From NCBI GenBank assembly GCA_963707505.1, contig CAVPQB010000004.1, positions 384,001 through 448,000 on the forward strand: a stretch of DNA of 64,000 nt, given 5' to 3'. The translations under genes and the position numbers were made by a program. Positions 9,356 to 19,848 of this stretch are shown piece by piece; within the stretch, counting starts at the first letter, position 1; every line of letters begins with the position of its first letter. Under the pieces are notes generated by a model. That model did no database searches. It saw only the letters and a program-made list of their open reading frames with translations, and was not told the DNA's origin. This stretch comes from an uncultured Gemmatimonadales bacterium (lineage in GTDB: Bacteria > Gemmatimonadota > Gemmatimonadetes > Gemmatimonadales > Gemmatimonadaceae).

Positions 9356-11881
9356 ATGCGAAACTCTGACACCGAAAACTTCACAGGCTTCATCAGCGTT
9401 CGCGGCGCGCGCGAGCACAATCTCCAGAACGTGGATCTCGACGTTCCACGCGATGCACTCGTGGTTTTCACCGGTGTCTCCGGGTCGGGCAAATCGTCGC
9501 TGGCGTTCGGCACGCTCTACGCCGAGGCGCAACGGCGCTATCTGGAATCGGTCGCTCCATACGCGCGGCGTCTCTTTCATCAGATGGGCGTCCCGCAAGT
9601 CGATTCCATCGACGGCCTTCCGCCCGCTGTAGCGCTGCAGCAACAGCGCGGCTCGCCGACCACCCGTTCATCAGTAGGAAGCGTCACGACGCTCTCGAAT
9701 CTGTTGCGTATGCTCTATTCGCGAGCTGGCGAATATCCGCGCAAGCAACCTCTGCTGTACGCGGAATCGTTCTCGCCCAACACTCCGGAAGGCGCCTGCC
9801 CCAGGTGCCACGGGCTCGGTCGCATCTACGAAGTGACCGAGCGCTCGATGGTGCCCGACGACACTCTCACGATTCGCGAGCGTGCCGTCGCCGCGTGGCC
9901 CACAGCGTGGCAGGGGCAGAATCAGCGCGATATACTCGTCACTCTCGGCTACGACGTCGATCGCCCCTGGCGCGAGTTGCCCAAGAAGGATCGCGACTGG
10001 ATTCTCTTCACCGACGAGCAACCGGTCGTGCCGGTGTACGCTGGCTTCACACCCGCGGAAACGCGGCGCGCGCTCAAGCGCAAGGAAGAGCCCAGCTACA
10101 TGGGCACTTTCTCGAGCGCGCGCCGACACGTGCTGCACAGCTTCGCGAACACGCAGAGCGCGCTCATGAAGAAACGCGCGCTCCAGTACATGCTGAGCAC
10201 CGAGTGCCCCCTCTGTCACGGAAAGCGGCTGCGTCTCGAATCACTGTCCGTCAAATTCGCAGGGCTGGACATCGCCGAAATTTCGCGACTCCCGCTGTCG
10301 CGACTCGCCAACATTCTGAAACCGTACGTCGAGGGAACAGCGGCGAACTCCGTCAAGCTGGAGACTGCGCATCCGGAGAAAGTCGTCGTAATGCAGCGTA
10401 TCGCGGAGGATCTGGAAGGTCGTCTTGATGTGCTGCTCGATCTCGGTCTCGGATATCTGTCCCTCGATCGCAGCACACCCACGCTTTCGCCCGGGGAGTT
10501 GCAGCGGCTCCGGCTGGCGACACAGGTACGCTCGAATCTGTTCGGCGTCGCTTACGTTCTGGATGAGCCATCGGCTGGCCTGCATCCGGCCGACACCGAA
10601 GCATTGCTGACAGCGCTCGAGCGATTGAAGGCGTCCGGCAATTCGCTGCTCGTAGTGGAACACGACCTCGATGTGATCCGTCACGCAGACTGGATCGTCG
10701 ACGTCGGCCCGGCGGCCGGCGAGCAGGGCGGGCTCATTCTCTACAGCGGTCCGCCGGCGGGACTCGCGGAGATCGAAGCATCGCAGACGCGTCGTCATCT
10801 CTTCGGGCGCGATTTGCTTCCCGAGCGCACGATTCGCGCGCCGCGCGCATGGCTGCGCCTCACCGATGTCACGCGCAACAACCTCGACCACCTCGACGCT
10901 GCATTTCCGCTCGGCGTGCTCACGACCGTTACCGGTGTTTCAGGCTCCGGCAAATCCAGTCTCGTCAGTCAGGTGCTCGTCGAGCTCGTAGCCGAAGCAC
11001 TGGGTCACGAGGCTCCCGCGATCACCGGCGAGATGGAAGATCTGGAGCAGCAGGCGCCGCTTACGCTCGGCGGCAGGATCGCGAGCGGCGTCGAGTACAT
11101 CAAACGCATGGTGGTCGTCGATCAGAAGCCGATCGGGCGCACGCCGCGCTCGAATCTCGCGACATACACTGGCCTGTTCGACCACGTTCGCAAGCTGTTC
11201 GCGGCCACCAAAATGGCGCGTGCGCGACACTACGACGCCGGACGCTTCTCGTTCAATGTCGCAAAGGGCCGCTGCGAGACGTGCGAGGGCGAGGGGTTCG
11301 TCTTCGTCGAGCTGCTCTTTCTGCCGAGCGTGTACACCCCGTGCCCGACATGTCACGGCGCGCGTTACAACGCCAAAACACTTGAGGTCAAATACCGCGA
11401 CCGCAACATCGCCGAAGTTCTCGGCATGACGGTCGATGCGTCGCTGGAATTCTTCGCGGATGACGAGCCGGTGCGTCGATCGCTCGAGGTCCTGCGCGAG
11501 GTTGGGCTCGGGTACATCCGCCTCGGCCAGGCCGCAACCGAGCTGTCCGGGGGCGAGGCGCAGCGGATCAAGCTCGCAACCGAATTGCAGCGCATGTCGC
11601 GTGGCAACACGCTGTACGTTCTGGATGAGCCCACCACCGGTCTCCACCCATCCGATGTGGAAAGGCTCATGGCGCAGCTCGACAGGCTGGTAAGTGCCGG
11701 CAACACTGTAATCCTCGTCGAGCACGACATGCGCGTCGTTTCCGGAAGCGATTGGGTGATAGACATCGGTCCGGGCGCTGGCGAAGAGGGAGGAAAAATT
11801 GTCGCGGTGGGCACACCCGCGGACGTGTCGCGCTCGGCTGCGAGCCGCACTGCACCGTATCTCGCCCGCTTCATGGCGTAA
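9356..11881 (+). CDS. UvrA-family ABC ATPase, short class II (UvrA2/DrrC-like)
   Basis: RGAREHNL, two GVSGSGKSS Walker A motifs, LSPGE/LSGGE signatures, Zn fingers; 841 aa, shorter than canonical UvrA. Confidence 0.9.
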   Translation: MRNSDTENFTGFISVRGAREHNLQNVDLDVPRDALVVFTGVSGSGKSSLAFGTLYAEAQRRYLESVAPYARRLFHQMGVPQVDSIDGLPPAVALQQQRGSPTTRSSVGSVTTLSNLLRMLYSRAGEYPRKQPLLYAESFSPNTPEGACPRCHGLGRIYEVTERSMVPDDTLTIRERAVAAWPTAWQGQNQRDILVTLGYDVDRPWRELPKKDRDWILFTDEQPVVPVYAGFTPAETRRALKRKEEPSYMGTFSSARRHVLHSFANTQSALMKKRALQYMLSTECPLCHGKRLRLESLSVKFAGLDIAEISRLPLSRLANILKPYVEGTAANSVKLETAHPEKVVVMQRIAEDLEGRLDVLLDLGLGYLSLDRSTPTLSPGELQRLRLATQVRSNLFGVAYVLDEPSAGLHPADTEALLTALERLKASGNSLLVVEHDLDVIRHADWIVDVGPAAGEQGGLILYSGPPAGLAEIEASQTRRHLFGRDLLPERTIRAPRAWLRLTDVTRNNLDHLDAAFPLGVLTTVTGVSGSGKSSLVSQVLVELVAEALGHEAPAITGEMEDLEQQAPLTLGGRIASGVEYIKRMVVVDQKPIGRTPRSNLATYTGLFDHVRKLFAATKMARARHYDAGRFSFNVAKGRCETCEGEGFVFVELLFLPSVYTPCPTCHGARYNAKTLEVKYRDRNIAEVLGMTVDASLEFFADDEPVRRSLEVLREVGLGYIRLGQAATELSGGEAQRIKLATELQRMSRGNTLYVLDEPTTGLHPSDVERLMAQLDRLVSAGNTVILVEHDMRVVSGSDWVIDIGPGAGEEGGKIVAVGTPADVSRSAASRTAPYLARFMA

Positions 11882-11926
11882 AACTCGTTGCGCACGGTTG
11901 AGCGGTTGTCCATAGATTTCCCACCC

Positions 11927-12673
11927 ATGGATTCGACCAGCTTCGGCGACCGCCTGCAGGACAGCTTCGACCAGCTCTACCACTACGTTCCTGCGCTCTT
12001 CGGCGCTCTCGTAATCCTCTTTGCCGGATACCTTCTCGCCAGGTTGCTGGAGAAGGGAACCGACAAGCTGCTCCGGCGAGTCCATTTCAACCGCATCCTG
12101 GAGCGCGGTGGCGTGCTCCAGGCAGTCGAGCGCTCTGGTTCCCACATGAACCCGACGCGCGTGACGGCGAGCGTCGTCTTCTGGTTCGTGATGTTCGCCG
12201 TCCTCATGATCGCCGCCAACGCGCTCGGCCTCTCATCGCTCGGCAACATGTTCGGCGAGCTGGTGAGCTACATCCCGAGCCTGATTGCGGCGATCGTCAT
12301 CGTCATCGTCGGCATCGTGCTCGGCGACTTCGTAGGCGGCCTCATCATGGCCTCCGCCGGCGCAATACACGGCGGCCCGACCCTGTCGCGGTTCGGAAAG
12401 GGTGGTGTGATCCTCATCGCCATCTTCATGGCGCTGCAGGAGTTGGGCGTGGCGACCGACATCGTCACGACCGCATTCGCGATACTCTTCGGCGCCATCG
12501 CGCTCTCCGCGTCGCTCGCCTTCGGACTCGGCAACCGCGACCTGGCGGGCGAGGTAACTCGCAACTGGTACAACCGCTACAAGTCCGAGCGCGAGACTAT
12601 CGACCGCGAAAACGCGGCACAGGATGCTGCCGATCGGACCGACGAATTCGAGTCTGAGTCCGGCGGCTTTTAG
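11927..12673 (+). CDS. CmpX/MscS-associated TM-helix-repeat membrane protein
   Basis: Repeated YVPALFGALVIL / YIPSLIAAIVI helices and a C-terminal LAFGLG motif. Confidence 0.75.
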   Translation: MDSTSFGDRLQDSFDQLYHYVPALFGALVILFAGYLLARLLEKGTDKLLRRVHFNRILERGGVLQAVERSGSHMNPTRVTASVVFWFVMFAVLMIAANALGLSSLGNMFGELVSYIPSLIAAIVIVIVGIVLGDFVGGLIMASAGAIHGGPTLSRFGKGGVILIAIFMALQELGVATDIVTTAFAILFGAIALSASLAFGLGNRDLAGEVTRNWYNRYKSERETIDRENAAQDAADRTDEFESESGGF

Positions 12674-12769
12674 GCCCCGAATAGATGCCGAAATAGCGCT
12701 ACCCGGCACGGTCGCGAGGTCGGTGCGCTAAACCGTTGTCCCACAATAACTTACGTTGCGGTGGCAAGG

Positions 12770-12798
12770 TTGCTAAAAGGCGTCCCGCAGGCTATATT
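12770..12798 (+). promoter_or_regulatory. sigma70-type promoter of gyrA (TTGCTA-N17-TATATT), IHF-like site just upstream (~12729-12753)
   Basis: Consensus match with 17-nt spacer; CACAATAACTTA resembles WATCAANNNNTTR. Confidence 0.55.
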
Positions 12799-12879
12799 TC
12801 AGGGTTCCCCCGAAATTAGCTCAAATCATCAGGTGGGTCCCTATTCGGAGCCCCACCGCAAGTGCGGTATCGACACGTC

Positions 12880-15396
12880 ATGACAGCTCCAAATAACCGC
12901 GAGCGAATACTCCCGCGGCTGATCCACGAAGAGGTTCAGGAATCGTTCATCAACTACTCGATGAGCGTCATCGTCTCGCGCGCTCTCCCGGACGTGCGCG
13001 ACGGGTTAAAGCCCGTGCATCGCCGAGTTCTGTATGCGATGAACGAGCTTGGTCTTGTTCCCGGACGCCCGTACAAGAAGTCTGCGACCGTCGTCGGCGA
13101 CGTGCTCGGCAAGTATCACCCGCACGGTGATAGCTCCGTGTACGACGCTCTCGTGCGCATGGTGCAGGACTTCTCGCTGCGCTATCCGCTGGTGGACGGT
13201 CAGGGAAACTTCGGATCTGTCGATGGCGACAACGCTGCTGCATATCGCTACACCGAAGCGCGTCTCACACGCATCGCCACGGAGATGCTCGGCGACATCG
13301 ACAAGAACACCGTCGACTTCCAGCCGAACTTCGACGATCGTCTGCAGGAGCCGCGCGTTCTTCCGTCTGCGATGCCGAACCTGCTCGTCAACGGCTCGTC
13401 CGGAATCGCGGTTGGAATGGCGACCAACATACCGCCGCACAACCTCCGTGAAGTCACGAGCGCCCTCGTCGCGCTCATCGAAGATCCAGATCTTCCGGCA
13501 AGCGCGCTCCGCAAGCACATCAAGGGACCCGATTTCCCGACCGCCGGCTACGTCTACGGCACCGCGGGAATAACCGATTACCAGGAAACCGGCCGCGGTC
13601 GTATCGTCATGCGCGCCCGTGCGGTGATCGAGGAGCGCGAGTCGTCCAATCGCGCCCAGATCGTCGTCACCGAGCTTCCGTACCAGGTCAACAAGTCCCG
13701 GTTGCTCATCGACATCCGCGATCAGGTCCGCGAGGGCAAGCTCGAAGGCATCAGCGACCTGCGCGACGAAAGCGATCGCGACGGAATGCGCATGGTCATC
13801 GAGCTCAAGCGCGATGCGATTCCCCGCGTAGTCCTGAATCAGTTGTACAAGCACACCGCGATGCAGTCCACGTTCGGCGTGATCATGCTCGCGCTCGTCC
13901 CCGATTCGGTGACGGGGCAGCTGGTGCCGAAGGTGCTCCCGCTCAAGGATGTGTTGATGCACTTCATCGCGCATCGTCACGAAGTCGTGACGCGGCGCAC
14001 GCAGTTCGAGCTGGACAAGGCGCTCGAGCGCGAGCACATCCTCGAAGGATTGAAGATCGCCGTCGACAACATCGACGCGGTCATCAAGCTCATCCGCGCG
14101 GCCAAGGACACGCCCACCGCGAGCACGCAGCTTCAGGCGCGTTTCAAGCTCAGCGAGCGGCAGGCGGAAGCAATCCTCAACATGCGCCTCGCCAAGCTCA
14201 CCGGTCTCGAGATCGAAAAGCTGGAAGCCGAGCTCAAGGATCTGCGCGCATTCATCAAGGAGATGCGCGACATCCTGGCGTCGCGTCCGCGCCGCATGCA
14301 GATCATTCGTGAGGAGCTGGAGAAGATCAACGCGACCTACGGAGACGAGCGTCGCTCAGAGATCACCAACGACGAGGGCGAGTTCTCGGTCGAGGATCTG
14401 ATCGCCGAGGAAGACATGGTGATCACGATCTCACATACGGGATACATCAAGAGGACGTCCACCTCGACCTACCGCAAGCAGCGTCGCGGTGGCCGCGGTC
14501 TGAACGGGCAGGGGCTCAAGGAAGAGGACTTCATCGAGCATCTGTTCATCGGCTCGACCCACGACTACATCCTCTGCTTCACCGATGACGGGCGCTGTTT
14601 CTGGCTCAAGGTCCACGAGATCCCGCAGGCCGGCCGTGCCAGCAGGGGCAAGCCCATCGTTAACCTCATCAACGTCCAGCCCGATACTCAGATTCGAGCT
14701 GTGGTTCCCGTGCGCGAGTTCGGGGATACACAGTCGTTGCTGTTTTGCACTCGCCGCGGAACCGTCAAGAAGACCGCACTGTCGGCGTACGCCAATCCGC
14801 GCGCCAACGGAATCAAGGCAATCAAGATTGAATCCGGTGACGAGCTGATCGACGTGCAGGTTACAAGTGGAACGAACGATGTCGTGCTGGCAACAAAGCA
14901 TGGCCTGTCGGTACGATTCCATGAGAAGGATGTGCGTGAGATGGGCCGCGACACAACCGGCGTGAAGGGTATCGAGCTACGCCCGGACGACGCTGTTGTC
15001 GGAATGGTCATCATCAAGCGCGAGGCGACTCTTCTCGTCGTAACCGAGAAGGGACTCGGCAAGTGCTCGCACATAGACGATTACAGGGTTCAGAAGCGCG
15101 GTGGAAAGGGAATCATCACTGTCAACCGCACCGACAAGACCGGTGACGTGGTGTCACTGATGGAAGTTCTGCCGGAAGATGAGATCATGCTCATTACGAA
15201 ACACGGCGTTATCATACGCTCGTCGGTTTCGCAGGTGCGCGTGACAGGAAGAATTGCGCAGGGTGTTAAGCTCGTTAATCTGGACGATGGCGATCTTGTG
15301 ACTGCGGTCGCCCGTGTCATTCCCGAAGACAAGGTCGAGGGTGACGACGGGGCCGTGGATGAGGAGATAGTCGAAACGCTTGCTGACGAAGAGTGA
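12880..15396 (+). CDS. gyrA: DNA gyrase subunit A
   Basis: [32 protein letters not shown] catalytic Tyr, GyrA-box QRRGGRG. Confidence 0.97.
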   Translation: MTAPNNRERILPRLIHEEVQESFINYSMSVIVSRALPDVRDGLKPVHRRVLYAMNELGLVPGRPYKKSATVVGDVLGKYHPHGDSSVYDALVRMVQDFSLRYPLVDGQGNFGSVDGDNAAAYRYTEARLTRIATEMLGDIDKNTVDFQPNFDDRLQEPRVLPSAMPNLLVNGSSGIAVGMATNIPPHNLREVTSALVALIEDPDLPASALRKHIKGPDFPTAGYVYGTAGITDYQETGRGRIVMRARAVIEERESSNRAQIVVTELPYQVNKSRLLIDIRDQVREGKLEGISDLRDESDRDGMRMVIELKRDAIPRVVLNQLYKHTAMQSTFGVIMLALVPDSVTGQLVPKVLPLKDVLMHFIAHRHEVVTRRTQFELDKALEREHILEGLKIAVDNIDAVIKLIRAAKDTPTASTQLQARFKLSERQAEAILNMRLAKLTGLEIEKLEAELKDLRAFIKEMRDILASRPRRMQIIREELEKINATYGDERRSEITNDEGEFSVEDLIAEEDMVITISHTGYIKRTSTSTYRKQRRGGRGLNGQGLKEEDFIEHLFIGSTHDYILCFTDDGRCFWLKVHEIPQAGRASRGKPIVNLINVQPDTQIRAVVPVREFGDTQSLLFCTRRGTVKKTALSAYANPRANGIKAIKIESGDELIDVQVTSGTNDVVLATKHGLSVRFHEKDVREMGRDTTGVKGIELRPDDAVVGMVIIKREATLLVVTEKGLGKCSHIDDYRVQKRGGKGIITVNRTDKTGDVVSLMEVLPEDEIMLITKHGVIIRSSVSQVRVTGRIAQGVKLVNLDDGDLVTAVARVIPEDKVEGDDGAVDEEIVETLADEE

Positions 15397-16684
15397 CAGG
15401 GACCTGACTGAGCCGCCACATCCCACGAGTGCGGATCGGAATCCGACCACGGTGGATCCGAAAGGAAATCCTCCCGAAGCTGATCCCGATCCGGCTCAAG
15501 CGGGTGTGACCGGTCCGGATTGCGATCAACCGCCGCAGAATCTCTCCGATGCTGCGGCTCCAGTCGCTACCGCCGAAGCTGGCGATCAACTCGAAGCACT
15601 GCGTGCAGCCTTGCGCAAGGCTGAGGGCGAGCTGCTTCGCACGCGGCAGGAAGCTGAGAGCAAGCGTCACCTCGTAGACATCATGCACGAAGTCATGGGG
15701 AATCTCTCTACCGAAGAGATCTTCCACATGGTCGCGCGACGCCTCGCCCGCGCACTGCAGCTCTCCCATTCGTCAGTGATTCTTGCAAGACCAGGCGACG
15801 CACGCGGAATGGTCGCCACCGCGTTCGAGCAACCCAATCTCGCGAATCTGGAGATCGAGCTCGATCGTTATCCCGAAGTATCTGCCGCGCTGGACCAGAA
15901 GCGGCCGGTTCTGATCCAGGATCTGCAGACGAGTCCGTGGTACGCCCGTCTGCGCGAGCAGTGGGCACGCGACGGCACCCGCATGAACGTGCGCTCCGTC
16001 ATCGCGATCCCGTTCGCGTTCGAGAAGATGCGCACTGGCGTGTTCCTTCTGCGCCGCACGACCGATCAGGATCCGCTTGCGGCCAGCGATGTGGAGTTCG
16101 CCGACACGGTGATCAAGAGCGCTGTGAACGCGATCGAGCAGGCCCACACGATCGAGCAGACAAAGGCGGATAACGCGCGGCTCGAAGCGCTGGCGCACAC
16201 CGACCCGCTCACGCACCTACTCAATCGCCGCGCACTGACAATTCGTCTTGTCGCCGAGCTCGAGCGGGTGCGGCGCTACAACTCGCCGCTGACGATGCTC
16301 ATGATCGATCTGGATCACTTCAAGCTCGTCAACGACACCTTCGGCCATCTGGTCGGCGACGAAGTGTTGCGCGGCATCGGCATGATCCTTCAGCGAGCGG
16401 TGCGTAGCGTGGATATGGTCGCGCGCTACGGCGGCGAGGAATTTGTGGTCGTCCTGCCGGAAACAGGCGAGATGGGCGCCGTGGCGTTCGCAGAGCGGAT
16501 CCGGCAGCGGGTGGAGCAGCACAACTTCGAGGCTGCCCGCACAGCTTCCGTCAGAGTCACCGTTTCGATCGGAGTCTCATGTTTCCCGTCGCCCCATGTC
16601 GACAGCGCGGAAGATCTGTTTGCGCAGGCAGATGCCGCGCTGTACCGCGCCAAGGACCGCGGCCGGAACCAGGTCTGCTCGTAG
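15380..16684 (+). CDS. GAF-domain diguanylate cyclase (start uncertain)
   Basis: [29 protein letters not shown]-site, GGEEF active site; GAF-like central region. Confidence 0.9.
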   Translation: MLTKSDRDLTEPPHPTSADRNPTTVDPKGNPPEADPDPAQAGVTGPDCDQPPQNLSDAAAPVATAEAGDQLEALRAALRKAEGELLRTRQEAESKRHLVDIMHEVMGNLSTEEIFHMVARRLARALQLSHSSVILARPGDARGMVATAFEQPNLANLEIELDRYPEVSAALDQKRPVLIQDLQTSPWYARLREQWARDGTRMNVRSVIAIPFAFEKMRTGVFLLRRTTDQDPLAASDVEFADTVIKSAVNAIEQAHTIEQTKADNARLEALAHTDPLTHLLNRRALTIRLVAELERVRRYNSPLTMLMIDLDHFKLVNDTFGHLVGDEVLRGIGMILQRAVRSVDMVARYGGEEFVVVLPETGEMGAVAFAERIRQRVEQHNFEAARTASVRVTVSIGVSCFPSPHVDSAEDLFAQADAALYRAKDRGRNQVCS

Positions 16685-16755
16685 ACGATGCCGGACGCGT
16701 CACTCGCGCGAAGCCGGGATGACCTTCTCGGCGGGGATTGGCTGGAACCGCATTT

Positions 16756-16791
16756 GCGGGCATCATTGTCGACAATGATGCCCGCCTTTTT
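16756..16791 (+). terminator. 30-bp perfect palindrome plus T-tract; likely intrinsic terminator of gyrA-DGC
   Basis: GCGGGCATCATTGTCGACAATGATGCCCGC followed by CTTTTT. Confidence 0.55.
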
Positions 16792-16818
16792 ATTGCTTCT
16801 GACCGACGAGAAAATCTC

Positions 16819-17736
16819 ATGAAGGCGATCGTGGTGACAGACCAGGCAGCGGGAACGGCCGGGATGAAACTGGTGGAGCGGCCCGAGCCGCAGGCGGCGA
16901 TAAACGACGTCGTTGTTCAGGTTCATGCGTCGGGATTCGTCCCGACCGAGTTGACCTGGCCCTCGACCTGGACCGATCGCCGCAACCGTGACCGAACACC
17001 GTCGATCCCTGGACACGAGCTGGCGGGAATGGTCACAGCGCTCGGATACGGCACGACCGGCCTGTCGGTCGGGCAGCGAGTGTTCGGCCTCGCCGACTGG
17101 TATCGTGACGGCACCCTGGCGGAGTTTATAGCCATCGAGGCACGCAACCTCGCGCCGCTGCCGGGGGACGTCGACTTCACGGTGGGTGCGAGCCTCCCGA
17201 TCTCGGGTCTCACAGCCTGGCAGGGACTGTTTCAGCACGGTCGCCTCGAGGCGGGCCAGCGCGTCCTTGCGCACGGTGCGGCCGGCGCGGTCGGCTCGAT
17301 GGTTACGCAACTCGCACAGTTGACCGGCGCTTACGTCATCGGCACCGGCCGCGCGGCCGATCGTCAGAAGGTGCTCGACTTCGGCGCGCAGGAGTTCCTC
17401 GACCTCGACAACGATGCGCTTGAAGACGTCGGCGGCGTCGATCTGGTGTTCGATGTTATCGGCGGCGACATCCAGAAGCGGTCCGCAGGCCTGATTCGAG
17501 CCGGAGGAACATTGGTGTCCATCGTCGGGCCGGCCGATGTGCGGCCCGCAAACGGCCGGGCGGTCGATTTCGTTGTCGAGTCCGATCGTGCCCAACTGAG
17601 CGAGATCGTCCAGCGGGTGCGGGACGGAAGACTGCGGACGAACATCGGCAAGGTCTCGACCCTCGACCAGGCGGTCGCCGCCTTCAACTCGACCGAGCGA
17701 CACGCGGGCAAGATGATCATCCGCGCTGGTCCGTGA
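16819..17736 (+). CDS. NADP-dependent oxidoreductase (MDR/quinone-reductase-like)
   Basis: IPGHELAG, GLTAWQGLF, HGAAGAVG, VDLVFDVIGG, GKMII. Confidence 0.88.
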   Translation: MKAIVVTDQAAGTAGMKLVERPEPQAAINDVVVQVHASGFVPTELTWPSTWTDRRNRDRTPSIPGHELAGMVTALGYGTTGLSVGQRVFGLADWYRDGTLAEFIAIEARNLAPLPGDVDFTVGASLPISGLTAWQGLFQHGRLEAGQRVLAHGAAGAVGSMVTQLAQLTGAYVIGTGRAADRQKVLDFGAQEFLDLDNDALEDVGGVDLVFDVIGGDIQKRSAGLIRAGGTLVSIVGPADVRPANGRAVDFVVESDRAQLSEIVQRVRDGRLRTNIGKVSTLDQAVAAFNSTERHAGKMIIRAGP

Positions 17737-17826
17737 CGAGTCGTGAGGGCGAGTAGTAGGGATCGCGTGAGATGATTCCCGTTGTCATGAAGTAGACGCC
17801 GCACGGCCGCCTCTACTTCTCCACGT

Positions 17827-18262
17827 TTACCGTCCGATTCGCTTCAGCTCGACCAGCATGCAATGATCCTGCACGACGTCGATTCCGGCGCGCGCGATCG
17901 CCTCGGCGGCTTCGTCATTGCGAATGCCGAGCTGGAACCAGACCGCCCTCGGATGTTTGGCGACGATGTCGTCGACGTGCTTAGGGATGTCTTTCGGACG
18001 GCGAAACACGTCGACTATGTCGATGTCGCCGGGAACGGCCGTCAGTGAGCGATACACGGGCTCACCGAGTACTTCCTCGAGATCCGGATAGTAGACCGGA
18101 ACAGGAATGATTTCGTAGCCCGCGCTTCTGTGTGTATGCGGGAACATAGTACGCGGGCTGCTGCGGGTCCGGCTTGATTCCGAGTACGGCGATGCGTCTG
18201 GATCGCTCCAGAAGGTCGCCGATCTGTTCGGGCGTCGTGAGAAGATGGGATTGCCAGGTCAT
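17827..18262 (-). CDS. CoA-binding protein (YccU-like); one apparent frameshift (~18130)
   Basis: RIAVLGI...AYYVPAY and GYEIIPV...DIVDVFRRP...VWFQLGI...VVQDHC across two frames. Confidence 0.85.
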
Positions 18263-18321
18263 TCTGAACAATAGCAAACATGGGAATGGGTCAGCGGCTC
18301 CGCGGTCGGTGAACCGTTACC

Positions 18322-18350
18322 TTGACTCCCGCTGCGCTTGTCCGTACGAT
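18322..18350 (+). promoter_or_regulatory. sigma70 promoter TTGACT-N17-TACGAT
   Basis: Near-consensus -35/-10 with 17-nt spacer. Confidence 0.75.
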
Positions 18351-18359
18351 TCAATTCTG

Positions 18360-18464
18360 ATGACAGGCATCCTTACTCCAGCCATGGAACGTCCGAGCCT
18401 CTTTGCGGCTCCCAACGCACGCGCCGAGCACTCGCGCGTGGGGATGACCTTTTCGATCCTGTAA
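18360..18464 (+). CDS. Putative leader peptide MTGILTPAMERPSLFAAPNARAEHSRVGMTFSIL (34 aa)
   Basis: ATG lies near the predicted TSS; ORF ends ~36 nt before a strong terminator and overlaps alternative hairpins. Confidence 0.5.
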   Translation: MTGILTPAMERPSLFAAPNARAEHSRVGMTFSIL

Positions 18465-18500
18465 CAATCGGATTGGTGTCAGGGCCTTGTTGATTTGCCG

Positions 18501-18530
18501 CCTCCCACGCTGTTCGTGGGAGGTTTTTTT
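18501..18530 (+). terminator. Intrinsic terminator (attenuator) in the leader of the lysine-dehydrogenase-like gene
   Basis: CCTCCCACG-ctgtt-CGTGGGAGG followed by T7; lies between the promoter and the RBS. Confidence 0.85.
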
Positions 18531-18575
18531 GTTTTCGCTGTATCGTCGTTTCACTTTCGTTTGAGGAATACCAGA

Positions 18576-19718
18576 ATGCGGATGCTCGTCTTGGGCGCAG
18601 GACTGCAGGGCTCGGCCTGCGCGTACGATCTCTTGCAGAATCCCGACGTCACCGAGGTTCGGCTGGCCGATCTTCACATCGATCACCTCGCCGATTTCCT
18701 CAAGCCATATTCGGGCAAGCGGCTGATCCCGACGCCTGTGGACGTGCGCGACGCCGATGCGGTGCGCGCACTGATGCGCGGCTGCGACGCCGTCATGAGC
18801 GCGATTCCGTACTACTTCAATCTCGACATGGCGAAGTACGCAGTCGAAGTCGGAGTCAACTTCTGCGATCTCGGCGGCAACACCGACATCGTCTTCGAGC
18901 AGAAGAAGCTCGACAGCCGCGCGAAGGAGCAGAAGTGCACCGTGATTCCTGACTGCGGACTCGCCCCGGGCATGGACACCATTCTCGCACAGTATGGTAT
19001 CTCACAGTTGGACGAAGTCGACTCGGTCAAGATCTTTGTCGGTGGCCTGCCGCAGCATCCTGAAGGACCGCTCAAGTATCAGATCGTCTATTCGCTGGAA
19101 GGTGTCCTCGATTACTACACGACGCTGTCGTGGGTCGTGCGGAACGGCAAGCGCGCGCAGGTGACTGCGCTGAGCGAGATCGAGCCGGTGGAATTTGCGA
19201 AGCCCGTGGGCGAGCTCGAGGCATTTCACACTGCCGGCGGCCTCTCGACTCTGCCGTTCCGCTACGAGGGCAAGATCAAGACGATGGAATACAAGACGCT
19301 GCGTTATCCCGGCCACGCGAAGATCATGGAAGCGATTCGCGATCTCGGATTACTGGATCTCGATCCGATCAACGTGAAGGGTACGAAGGTCGCGCCGCGG
19401 GATGTAGCAGTCGCGGCGATGGGACCGCACCTCACCAAGCCCAAGTCACCCGATCTCGTCGCGCTGCGCGTCGAGGTGAGCGGCCGCAAGAACGGTGTGT
19501 CGAAGAAACTCGGCTGGGAGCTCATCGACAATTACGACGCAGAACACGGAATCAGCGCGATGATGCGCACCACCGGTTACTCGCTGAGCATTACGGGTCA
19601 GATGCAGGCGCGTGGCGAGATCAAGCCGAACGGAGTTCACACGCCGGACGAATGCATACCAGCCAGGGAGTACATCGAAGAGCTGGCCAAGCGTGGGATC
19701 AACATCCGCGCGATTTAG
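18576..19718 (+). CDS. Saccharopine dehydrogenase family protein, lysine 6-dehydrogenase-like
   Basis: MRMLVLGAGLQG, DLGG, GLAPG, FVGGLP, SLEGVLDYY, LEAFHTAGG, EYKTLRYPGH; from memory these resemble Geobacillus LysDH. GAGG RBS. Confidence 0.85.
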   Translation: MRMLVLGAGLQGSACAYDLLQNPDVTEVRLADLHIDHLADFLKPYSGKRLIPTPVDVRDADAVRALMRGCDAVMSAIPYYFNLDMAKYAVEVGVNFCDLGGNTDIVFEQKKLDSRAKEQKCTVIPDCGLAPGMDTILAQYGISQLDEVDSVKIFVGGLPQHPEGPLKYQIVYSLEGVLDYYTTLSWVVRNGKRAQVTALSEIEPVEFAKPVGELEAFHTAGGLSTLPFRYEGKIKTMEYKTLRYPGHAKIMEAIRDLGLLDLDPINVKGTKVAPRDVAVAAMGPHLTKPKSPDLVALRVEVSGRKNGVSKKLGWELIDNYDAEHGISAMMRTTGYSLSITGQMQARGEIKPNGVHTPDECIPAREYIEELAKRGINIRAI

Positions 19719-19848
19719 AGCGCCTCACAACAGCGCTGGTCGCAGCGCGGCGCCATGCGCCAGCGACAGTACGACCAGCGCTTTTGTCAGTTGTCAGTGA
19801 TGCCCACGTATTCGTGCATCGCGGCGACTCGCCGTCGCCCACAACGTT

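Noticed and set aside
12880..15396. parC rather than gyrA, given no adjacent gyrB
   Set aside because: An intact GyrA-box (QRRGGRG) is present.
18350..18530. Lysine riboswitch or T-box in the leader of the lysine-dehydrogenase-like gene
   Set aside because: No AGAGG(U/C)GC...loop-E core and no UGGnACC T-box motif visible.
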